Shown: positions 8,128 to 15,225 of the stretch, piece by piece
How the letters are laid out: the number at the start of each line of letters is the position of its first letter
Position numbering within the stretch: the stretch's first letter is position 1
From: Gaiellaceae bacterium
GTDB lineage: Bacteria > Actinomycetota > Thermoleophilia > Gaiellales > Gaiellaceae
Assembly: GCA_036276675.1 (NCBI GenBank)
Contig: DASUOK010000096.1
Span: forward strand, 1 to 39,891
Length of the DNA: 39,891 bases
Direction of reading: 5' to 3'
Notes under the pieces: generated by a model
Told to the model about the DNA's origin: nothing
Databases searched by the model: none
What the model saw: the letters and a program-made list of their open reading frames with translations, nothing else
Program-made: the position numbers and the translations under genes

Positions 8128-8317
8128 GCCCACTGGGTAACGGCATGGGCAAGTGTGTGCCGGCACTCGCTGCGACGGGCGTCGGGCGGAGGCGGTCCTC
8201 GGCCGTCGGCGTCCCGCGCGAATCGTCTCGTGACACGAGGGGGGTCTCGTATGAGTACGTCACACGCAGCCATCGTCCTCCGCGAGTGCGGCGGGCGACG
8301 CACATTCAGGAGCTGAC

Positions 8318-8596
8318 GTGCACCCGCCGCTCAGGATCACGGTCGCAGACGAGTCGCTCGCCGAGGCGCTCCGCCGGCGGCTCCGCTCCTTCGAGGTCGA
8401 GGCGCTACCGGTAGCCGGACGGGTCGAGCTGAAGATCGCGCTGCGCGACCGCAACCCCGAGCGCCGGATCAACGACGTGCTCAAGACCGTCGACCGGTGG
8501 CTCGTCTCGAGCGGTGTCGCCTCCGTGCAGGTGCACCTCGACGGGAACACCTACACGCTGCACGCACCGGTCGAGGCGGAGGAGGCGAGCGCCTGA
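8318..8596 (+). CDS. Hypothetical 92-aa protein
   Basis: GTG start with AGGAG 5 nt upstream. High GC3 throughout. No recognisable motif. Confidence 0.5.
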   Translation: MHPPLRITVADESLAEALRRRLRSFEVEALPVAGRVELKIALRDRNPERRINDVLKTVDRWLVSSGVASVQVHLDGNTYTLHAPVEAEEASA

Positions 8597-8625
8597 CGGA
8601 CCTCGTCGTCGGGTGATCGGCCGAG

Positions 8626-9747
8626 TCACCGGACGACCTGCAACGCCGGCTGCAGCGACCACAACCTGCCGATGCGCTCGGCCTCGACGTCGAGGTCGGC
8701 CCGTCGCGCCCTCGCCAGTCGCCGGAACGGCTCCACCTTCAGCTCGATCCGCTTCCCCGCCCGCCTCCGAGACCAGGTGCCGGCGACGATGCCGTCGACG
8801 AGCAGCCACGAGAGCGCGCCCGGGCCTTCGAGCCGCCCCTTCCCGTGGGCCTTCGTCCGGGCGACCGCCTCCGCCGGGAACAGCTGCTCCCGCTCGCGGA
8901 AGCCCATCACGAGCGCGTCGTACTCCGGGATCAGCCGCACGCCGGCGGGGGCTGCAGCCCGGCGCTCGCTCCCTGCGAGCAGCCAGGCGCGCCGCCCCTC
9001 CACGTCGACCTCGACAAGCTCACCCGCGATCGAGTCGAGGAGCGCCTTCGCGTCCTTCACCTTGAACTGCGCGCCGGCGACCCACTCGGCGAACTCTCGG
9101 TGCGTCGCCGGGCCGAACGCCGCGAGATAGCGACGCAGGATCTCGGCCAACGCCGCCTGCGGCTCGTGCTCCCGCTGCCGGCCGAGCCACTGGTCGGGCC
9201 GGACGAACGTGACGCGGGCTCCCTGCGGCGGCCCGTTGACGAGGACGCCGTTCAGCGCCGCGGGGCCGAGCACGGTGCCCCAGCCCGAGCCGATGTGCTC
9301 GCGCGCCCAGACGCCGACGTGGGGCGACACCGCCGCGACGAGCTCTTCCCTGGTCAGACAGCGGCCGTCGAGCGCCGCGGCGATGGCGGCGAGGATGCGC
9401 GTCGCCTCCTTCGGCGGCAGCTCGTTGTGGACGTACCAGTCGCCGACGACTGCCCGGCGCGCGGCCAGCCAGAGCCCGAGCTCGTCGGCCGGGTGGACGT
9501 GGAGCGTGCCGCGCAGGGTCCACGTCTTCACGAGCGAGCGCTCCTCCCAGAGCGCCCGGCTCAGGTGCTCCTGCGTCAGCCCGCGCACACGCGCCGACAG
9601 CGCCAGCTCCGCGGCCGAGAGCACCTGCGCGTGGATGCCGCCGACCTCGCGCACGACGTCGACGAGCCGCGTGCGCGGCGCCGGCTTCGCGAGCCGGTGG
9701 CGGTCGAGCCGCCGTGCCCGCACGTCGTCCCACGTCAGCGTCCGCAC
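8626..9747 (-). CDS. Winged-helix HTH_42 family protein (AlkZ/YcaQ-like DNA glycosylase family)
   Basis: The N-terminus (RARRLDRHRL...VVREVGGIHAQVLSAAELALSARV) and overall length and pattern match the DUF1006/HTH_42 family. GTG start lies 13 bp after the comA stop. Confidence 0.7.
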   Translation of the reverse strand: MRTLTWDDVRARRLDRHRLAKPAPRTRLVDVVREVGGIHAQVLSAAELALSARVRGLTQEHLSRALWEERSLVKTWTLRGTLHVHPADELGLWLAARRAVVGDWYVHNELPPKEATRILAAIAAALDGRCLTREELVAAVSPHVGVWAREHIGSGWGTVLGPAALNGVLVNGPPQGARVTFVRPDQWLGRQREHEPQAALAEILRRYLAAFGPATHREFAEWVAGAQFKVKDAKALLDSIAGELVEVDVEGRRAWLLAGSERRAAAPAGVRLIPEYDALVMGFREREQLFPAEAVARTKAHGKGRLEGPGALSWLLVDGIVAGTWSRRRAGKRIELKVEPFRRLARARRADLDVEAERIGRLWSLQPALQVVR

Positions 9748-9760
9748 CGGTTCGACCGTA

Positions 9761-10546
9761 CTACTGCGGGAGGAGGATCTCCTTGAGCGTGTCGCCGCGC
9801 AGGCCGAGGCGGAGGGTCTCCAGCGGGATCACTTCCTCGGGCGCGATGTTGCCGAGGTTGACCTCCGGCCCGAAATGCTTCACGAACCACGCCTGCGAGC
9901 TCTTCGAGGGCGCCTCCCAGATCAGGTCGTGGAAGTCGATCTCGTGCGCGATCTCGTCGATCAGGCCCGTGCGCATGTCGCCGTCCTTGCGGAAGATCCC
10001 GGCCGTGCCGCCCTCGCGCGCCTCCGTGATCACCTTCCAGGCTCCGGCCTGCTTCTCCTCCTTGATCCACTCGACCCACTGGTACGGGGCGAAGACGACC
10101 TCGGAGTCCTTCGAGCCGACCTCCGAGAGAACGGTGAAGTCGCGGGCGAAGTCGGCGATCAGCTCCAGCTTCCGCTCGCGCGGGATCTCGAGCGTCCCGT
10201 CCGAGATCTCGACGTGCGAGAAGCGGAAGTGCTCGAGCCAGCTCTTGAAGCCGTCCAGCTTGTTGCGCGCGAACACGGCCTCGAAGAGCGTGCCGCCGCA
10301 GACGATCGGCGTGCCGAACGAGCGGTAGAGCGCGATCTTCTTCTCCAGGTTGTTCGTGACGTAGCTCGTGCCCCAGCCGAGCTTGACGATGTCGACGTAC
10401 TCGCCGGCCGTGTCGAAGAGCCCCTCGATCTCGCGGATGCCCATACCCTTGTCCATCACGTGCGTGAGGCCGCTCTGCCGCGGCTTCGGGCTGCGCGCGG
10501 GGAGGTCGAGGAAGTTCGGGTGCGGATCGCCGTTAGAGGCGTGCAT
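9761..10546 (-). CDS. comA: (2R)-phospho-3-sulfolactate synthase
   Basis: Near full-length resemblance to the ComA family: GLTHVMDKG, VDIVKLGWGTS, GGTLFE, HVEISDG, LSEVGSK, IWEAPSKSSQAWF, NLGNIAPEEVIPLETLRLGLRGDT. The ATG overlaps the upstream gene by 14 nt. Confidence 0.9.
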   Translation of the reverse strand: MHASNGDPHPNFLDLPARSPKPRQSGLTHVMDKGMGIREIEGLFDTAGEYVDIVKLGWGTSYVTNNLEKKIALYRSFGTPIVCGGTLFEAVFARNKLDGFKSWLEHFRFSHVEISDGTLEIPRERKLELIADFARDFTVLSEVGSKDSEVVFAPYQWVEWIKEEKQAGAWKVITEAREGGTAGIFRKDGDMRTGLIDEIAHEIDFHDLIWEAPSKSSQAWFVKHFGPEVNLGNIAPEEVIPLETLRLGLRGDTLKEILLPQ

Positions 10547-11135
10547 AGAGCTCCTTCAGCTTCTCCTGCGCCTGGGCCTGGACGTCGTGGTAGAGCGAGT
10601 TGCCGTGCGCGTCGATGCCGACGGTGAGCGGGCCGAAGTCCTTCACGCGGAACTTCCAGAGGCACTCGGGCATCAGCTCCTCCCAGGCCACCTCCTCGAT
10701 CTCCTCGATCTGCGTCGTCTCGAGTGCGGCGGCGCCGCCGACGATCGCGAAGTAGACCATCCCGAGCTCGCGCATCGGCTCGATCGCCTCGTCGGGGAAG
10801 CCGCCCTTGCCGCAGATCGCGCGGACGCCGAACTGACGGCCGAGCGGCTCGGTGAAGCGCACCATACGGGCGCTCGTCGTCGTGCCGATGCAGATCTTCT
10901 CGTAGGTGCCCCTGCCCTCGGCATCGGTGGCGACCTTGCGCACGTTCGGCGCCGTGTGCAGGAGGAACGCGCCCGTGAGATCCATCGGCGGCTCGACGCC
11001 CTGGTCGAAGATGCGGATCTGCGTGCGGTCGCGGATGCCGATGATGTGGCCCTGCACGGTGACCTCGTCGCCCGCCCGGAGCTTCAGGATCTCCTGCGGG
11101 TCGGTGACCGGGAAGGTGACGGTGTGCTCGGCCAT
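10533..11135 (-). CDS. Class-I Fe-S hydro-lyase beta subunit (fumarate hydratase/tartrate dehydratase C-terminal-domain type)
   Basis: This is the C-terminal 200 aa of track ORF 10533..11594. Motifs LRAGDEVTVQGHIIGIRD, ICGKGG and FAIVGGAAAL. ATG 11135 lies 2 nt after the alpha-subunit stop. Confidence 0.85.
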   Translation of the reverse strand: MAEHTVTFPVTDPQEILKLRAGDEVTVQGHIIGIRDRTQIRIFDQGVEPPMDLTGAFLLHTAPNVRKVATDAEGRGTYEKICIGTTTSARMVRFTEPLGRQFGVRAICGKGGFPDEAIEPMRELGMVYFAIVGGAAALETTQIEEIEEVAWEELMPECLWKFRVKDFGPLTVGIDAHGNSLYHDVQAQAQEKLKELYARL

Positions 11136-11137
11136 CG

Positions 11138-12037
11138 CTAGAACTCCCGGTCGTAGTCGAGGTTGCCCTGGGCGTCGACGTGCACGGAGGCGCGCCGCGC
11201 CGCCCAGCACTGGTAGTTCACGGCGACCGGGTTCAGCGTCATGTGCGTGTCGGCGTGCTCGATGTGGCACTGGAGCACGGTCACGTCGCCCCCGAGCCCC
11301 ATCGGGCCGATGCCGGTCTCGTTGAGGAGCCCGTAGAGCTCGTCCTCGAGCTGCGCCACGAGCGGGTCGGCGTTGCGCGTGCCGACCGGGCGCGTGATCG
11401 CCTCCTTGGCGAGGTACATCGCGTAGTCGGCGGTGCCGCCGATGCCGACGCCGACGATCCCGGGCGGGCAGGGCTTGCCGCCCGCGCCGACGATCGACTC
11501 GAGCACGAACTGCTTGATCCCCTTCACGCCGTCGGCGGGGACGCACATCTTCAGGAAGCTCATGTTCTCGGAGCCCGAGCCCTTCGGCACGCACTTGACG
11601 TCGAGGCCGTCCCAGTCCGGGATGAACTCCCAGTGCACGATCGGCAGCCGGTGGCCGATGTTCGGCCCGGTGTTCTCGCGCGTGATCGTGTGCACCGCGT
11701 TCGAGCGCAGCGGGTGCTCGACCGTCGCGCGGGCGGTGCCGTCGCGCAGCGCCTCGTAGATCCGCGTCGGATGGAGCGGGAAGTGCTCGCCGACGCGGCA
11801 GGTGTAGACGGCAATGCCGGTGTCCTGGCAGACGAGGTTCTTCTCCTCGTCGGCGATGTTCACGTTGCGGTGGATCGTGTTGAGGACGCGCTGGCCGGTG
11901 ACGGAGGTCTCGCGGTCGCGCGCCGCGGCGAGGGCGTCGCGCAGGTCCTGCGGGATGTCCTTCAGCGCCCAGACGTAGAGGTGCGCCGCGGCGTCCTCGA
12001 CGGCGTGCTGGAGATCGGTCGTGGTGACTGTGCTCAT
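11138..12037 (-). CDS. Class-I Fe-S hydro-lyase alpha subunit (fumarate hydratase/tartrate dehydratase N-terminal-domain type)
   Basis: Motifs CQDTGIAV, VPKGSGSENMS, GKPCPPGIVGVGIGGTAD. ATG 12037 is preferred, with GAAGG 7 nt upstream. The track uses TTG 12043. Confidence 0.85.
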   Translation of the reverse strand: MSTVTTTDLQHAVEDAAAHLYVWALKDIPQDLRDALAAARDRETSVTGQRVLNTIHRNVNIADEEKNLVCQDTGIAVYTCRVGEHFPLHPTRIYEALRDGTARATVEHPLRSNAVHTITRENTGPNIGHRLPIVHWEFIPDWDGLDVKCVPKGSGSENMSFLKMCVPADGVKGIKQFVLESIVGAGGKPCPPGIVGVGIGGTADYAMYLAKEAITRPVGTRNADPLVAQLEDELYGLLNETGIGPMGLGGDVTVLQCHIEHADTHMTLNPVAVNYQCWAARRASVHVDAQGNLDYDREF

Positions 12038-12092
12038 TGGCAAACCTTCGGCTCGACGCTCACTGTGCTCGCTTTCTCCAAGTAACAGACTG

Positions 12093-13283
12093 TCACTTGG
12101 CGTTCTCCGCGGCTGCCCGGCCGGCGCGGCGCCCGAAGACGACGCACTCGAGCAGCGAGTTTCCCATCATCCGGTTCTCGCCGTGCGTGCCCCCTGCGAT
12201 CTCGCCGCACGCGTAGACGCCCTCGAGCGTCGTCTGCGCATCGGTGTCGATCACGAGGCCGCCGTTCTGGTAGTGCAGCACGGGGTAGGTGAGGATCTTC
12301 TCCGTGAGCGGGTCGATGCCGCCACCGCGGTAGCGGCGCAGCATGTACGGGAGCGAGACCTCCGCGTCGGCCGGCGCGATGCGGGTGGTGTCGAGGTAGA
12401 CGGCGGGGCGGCCGTCGGGCGTCTCCACGCCCCGGCCTCCTTCGACCTCGTCGAAGATCGCCTGGCTGACGACGTCGCGGGGGCCGAGGGAGTCGGTGAA
12501 CTCCTCGCCGTCGGCGTTCAGCAGCACGGCGCCGTACGCACGGGTCGTCTCGGGGATCGAGTAGCCCTGCATCGTCTCGGGCCAGGCGCCGCCGTTCGGG
12601 TGGTACTGGAGGTGGTCGAGGTCGCGCGCCTCCGCGCCGAGGTCGAGCGCGAGCTGCAGCACCTCGCCCGTCGCGTTCGGGTGATTCGTCGAGAGCTCGC
12701 CGCGCTCCTGCGCGACGCGGTAGCAGCGCCCGCCGGCGGCGAGGACGACGGTGGCGGCGTCGAGCTCGTGCTCGCCGCAGGTGGCGCGCCACCCGTGCTC
12801 CGTCCGCTCGAGGGCGGCGAGCGGGCTGTTCGCGAAGAGCGTGCCAGCGCCCGACTCGAACGCGTCGCGGAGCGCCTTCGTGATCGCGTGGCCGGTCCGG
12901 TCGCCGACCTGGAGCAGGCGCTTGCGGCTCGCACCCCCGCAGCGGGCCAGGCGATAGCCGCCGTTCTCCCTCGTGAACTCGACGCCGAGCTCCTCGAGCC
13001 AGTGGATCGCGCCCTGCGCGTCGCCGGTCAGGATCTCGACGAGGCCCAGGTCGGCGCTCTCGTGCGAGCTCGTGAAGATGTCGGCAGCGTGCTGCTCGGG
13101 TGAGTCGTCGGCACCGAACGCTGCCTGGATGCCGCCCTGCGCCTTGGCCGAGTTGCACGCCTGGATCGAGCCCTTCGTCGCGAGCGCGACGCTCGCGCCG
13201 GCGCGGTCGGCCGACACGGCGGCGGCGAGCCCGGAGGCGCCGCTGCCGATCACGAGCACGTCGAATGCGCGGCTCTCGGTCAC
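12093..13283 (-). CDS. FAD-dependent oxidoreductase of the succinate dehydrogenase/fumarate reductase flavoprotein family (short, soluble type)
   Basis: Dinucleotide fold DVLVIGSGASGLAAA, YHPNG (HPT-like motif), TRAYGAVLLN (RGEG-like proton-shuttle region), and C-terminal GVYACGEIAGGTHGENRMMGNSLLECVVFGRRAG. 396 aa, so it lacks the usual C-terminal helical domain. GTG start. Confidence 0.8.
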   Translation of the reverse strand: MTESRAFDVLVIGSGASGLAAAVSADRAGASVALATKGSIQACNSAKAQGGIQAAFGADDSPEQHAADIFTSSHESADLGLVEILTGDAQGAIHWLEELGVEFTRENGGYRLARCGGASRKRLLQVGDRTGHAITKALRDAFESGAGTLFANSPLAALERTEHGWRATCGEHELDAATVVLAAGGRCYRVAQERGELSTNHPNATGEVLQLALDLGAEARDLDHLQYHPNGGAWPETMQGYSIPETTRAYGAVLLNADGEEFTDSLGPRDVVSQAIFDEVEGGRGVETPDGRPAVYLDTTRIAPADAEVSLPYMLRRYRGGGIDPLTEKILTYPVLHYQNGGLVIDTDAQTTLEGVYACGEIAGGTHGENRMMGNSLLECVVFGRRAGRAAAENAK

Positions 13284-13289
13284 CGGGGC

Positions 13290-13320
13290 AGGATACCAGC
13301 ATCGATAATGCTGCGCATTA
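13290..13320 (-). promoter_or_regulatory. Internal promoter and operator ahead of the flavoprotein/hydro-lyase/comA genes
   Basis: On the minus strand, TATCCT (plus 13290-13295) lies 6 nt before GTG 13283. A perfect dyad TAATGC-N3-GCATTA at 13306-13320 is centred about 30 nt upstream of that start. Confidence 0.35.
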
Positions 13321-13355
13321 GCCTTCGTTATTCAGAGTGGCTCGCCGGATGGGAG

Positions 13356-14315
13356 TCACCAGATCGAGCGCAGGAGCTCCTCGACCTGCGCCGGCGTCGC
13401 GGTGCGCGGGTTCGCCTTCGCCCCGGCCCGCTGCACGACGGCCGCGGCGACGCCGGCCAGCTCGCCCTCTGGCACGCCGTGGTCGCGCAGCCGCTCGAAG
13501 CCGCCCAGGCGGGCGAGCTCCTCCACCCGCGCCGCTGGATCCTCGGTGCCGAGTGCCTCGCCCAAGCGGGCGATCGCGTCGGCGGCAACACCGCGGTTGA
13601 AGCGGAGTGCCGGCGGCAGGCAGAGCGCGTTCATCGCGCCGTGCGGCAGGCCGTACCGGCCGCCGAGCGCCTGCGCCATCGCGTGGCCGAGGGCGAGCAT
13701 GGAGCCGGCCAGGGCCGCACCCGCGTGACACGCGCCCTGCAGCAGCTCCGTGCGGGCGGCGAGATCGCGCGGCGTCTCGACGACCCGGGGCAGCGCCGAC
13801 CCGATCAGCCGCGCCCCCTCGAGCGCATGCGCGTCGGCGGCCGCGTTCCGTCCCCGGACGTACAGCGCCTCGGCGCAGTGCGCGAGCGCGTTCAGCGCCG
13901 TGCCCACGGTCTGGTCGCGGGGGAGCTCGAGGGTCAGCTGCGGCTCGTAGACGATGCCCGCGACGCGCGCGCCGGCGCCGCCGCCGCGCTGGCGCCGCCC
14001 GGGGTCGCGCACGCCGAAGAAGTCCGTCCACTCCGCGCCGGAGTACGTCGTCGGGATCGAGACGACCGGGAGCGAGGCCTCCGCGGAGACCGCCTTCGCC
14101 GTGTCGATCGTGCTGCCGCCGCCGAGCGGCACCAGGCAGTCGGCAGCTCCCAGGGCCGCGGCAACCGCCGCGATGTCGTCCGTCGGCAGCTCGCTCCAGC
14201 GGCCGACGTGCGCCGGCACGTCCTCGTGCCTGGAGGTCGCGAGCAGGTACGGCGCCGAGCAGCCGAGCTCCCCCAGGACGTCGTCGAGAGCCTCGACACC
14301 CCAGCGAACGATCAT
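13356..14315 (-). CDS. Iron-containing (group III) alcohol dehydrogenase family protein, maleylacetate-reductase-like
   Basis: Motifs GGGSTIDTAK, TALNALAHCAEALY and LGHAMAQALGGRYGLPHGAMNA (metal His ligands). ATGA overlap with the lysR-type gene stop. Confidence 0.75.
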   Translation of the reverse strand: MIVRWGVEALDDVLGELGCSAPYLLATSRHEDVPAHVGRWSELPTDDIAAVAAALGAADCLVPLGGGSTIDTAKAVSAEASLPVVSIPTTYSGAEWTDFFGVRDPGRRQRGGGAGARVAGIVYEPQLTLELPRDQTVGTALNALAHCAEALYVRGRNAAADAHALEGARLIGSALPRVVETPRDLAARTELLQGACHAGAALAGSMLALGHAMAQALGGRYGLPHGAMNALCLPPALRFNRGVAADAIARLGEALGTEDPAARVEELARLGGFERLRDHGVPEGELAGVAAAVVQRAGAKANPRTATPAQVEELLRSIW

Positions 14316-15205
14316 CCGACGCGTTCCCGCGCGAAGGCGACGAAGGCGTCGGCGACCCGCGTCGGCGTCCGTCCCGCCGCGCGCGCGAGCGAGATCTCGC
14401 GCGTCGCCTCGAGCCCCTCGACCCGCGCCGCCGCCAGCGTGCCGGCGGCCAGCTCCGACTCGACGGCGGTGCGCGAGATGAAGGCGACGCCGTAGCCGGC
14501 CTGTACGGCGCTCCGCACCGACTCCTGCAGCCCGAGCTCGAGCCGCACGTCGAGGTCGCGCAGGCGCAGCCCGAGCTCGCGCAACTCGTCGTCGACGATC
14601 TGGCGGACGCCGGCGCCCTCCTGCATCAGGATCAGCTTGTCCGCCCGCAGCTCGTCGAGGCCGACGCTGCGGCCGGCAAAGGCGTGACCGGGCGGACAGG
14701 CGAGGATCACCTCGTCCTCGAAGAACGGCTCGAACCGCACGGAGCGATGACGGCGCGCCGCGCCGACGATGCCGAGCTCGAGCTCACGCGAGGCGACGAG
14801 CTCGACCACCGAGTGCGTGTCGTGCACCGACAGGGCGACCTTGACGCCGGGGTTCTCGAGCTGGAACTCGCAGAGCAGGAGCGGGACGACGACCGCGGCG
14901 GGGCCTGTCGAGGCGCCGAGCCGGAGCTCCCCGGTGAGCTCGCCGTCGCCGTCTCCGGTGACCTCCTCGAGGAGCTGCTCCTCGAGCGCGAGCAGCCGCT
15001 GCGCACCGCGATAGAGGCGCGCGCCGGCCTCAGTCGGCTCGACGCGGCGACCCGAGCGGTCGAGCAGCTGCGCGCCCAGCCGCTTCTCGAGCGCGCGCAC
15101 CTGCAGCGAGACGGCCGGCTGGGTGACACCGAGCCGCTCTGCGGCCTGCGAGAAGCTCTTGCGCTCGACGACGGCGCAGAAGGCGGCCAGCTGGCGCGTG
15201 TCCAT
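14312..15205 (-). CDS. LysR-family transcriptional regulator
   Basis: N-terminal HTH (LAAFCAVVERKSFSQAAERLGVTQPAVSLQVRALEKRLG) followed by a LysR substrate-binding domain of typical length. Confidence 0.9.
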   Translation of the reverse strand: MDTRQLAAFCAVVERKSFSQAAERLGVTQPAVSLQVRALEKRLGAQLLDRSGRRVEPTEAGARLYRGAQRLLALEEQLLEEVTGDGDGELTGELRLGASTGPAAVVVPLLLCEFQLENPGVKVALSVHDTHSVVELVASRELELGIVGAARRHRSVRFEPFFEDEVILACPPGHAFAGRSVGLDELRADKLILMQEGAGVRQIVDDELRELGLRLRDLDVRLELGLQESVRSAVQAGYGVAFISRTAVESELAAGTLAAARVEGLEATREISLARAAGRTPTRVADAFVAFARERVG

Positions 15206-15223
15206 AAGCTCATCTTATAAGGT
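15204..15223. promoter_or_regulatory. Back-to-back -10 elements plus a LysR-type dyad in the 20-bp lysR/DUF354 intergenic region
   Basis: The dyad ATAAG-N5-CTTAT (15204-15218) contains T-N11-A. Minus-strand TAAGAT (plus 15212-15217) lies 6 nt before ATG 15205. Plus-strand TAAGGT (15218-15223) lies 8 nt before ATG 15232. Confidence 0.35.
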
Positions 15224-15225
15224 CG

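Noticed and set aside
8100-8414. 104-aa ORF (and 8121..8303 on the minus strand) inside the non-coding gap
   Set aside because: The product is Arg/Ser-rich with no hydrophobic core, it runs into the better-supported 8318 frame, and it has no Shine-Dalgarno sequence or leaderless geometry.
12021-13302. ORFs 12021..13103 (+) and 12034..13302 (-) overlapping the flavoprotein gene
   Set aside because: Only the 12093..13283 minus frame gives the FAD dinucleotide fold and the SdhA/FrdA-type C-terminal motif. The others are Arg/Pro-rich off-frame readings.
13607-15220. 537-aa plus-strand ORF and other ORFs (13318..14031, 14707..15825) across the ADH and LysR genes
   Set aside because: These are off-frame or antisense artefacts. 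The LysR HTH and the Fe-ADH metal-site motifs occur only in the frames that were called.
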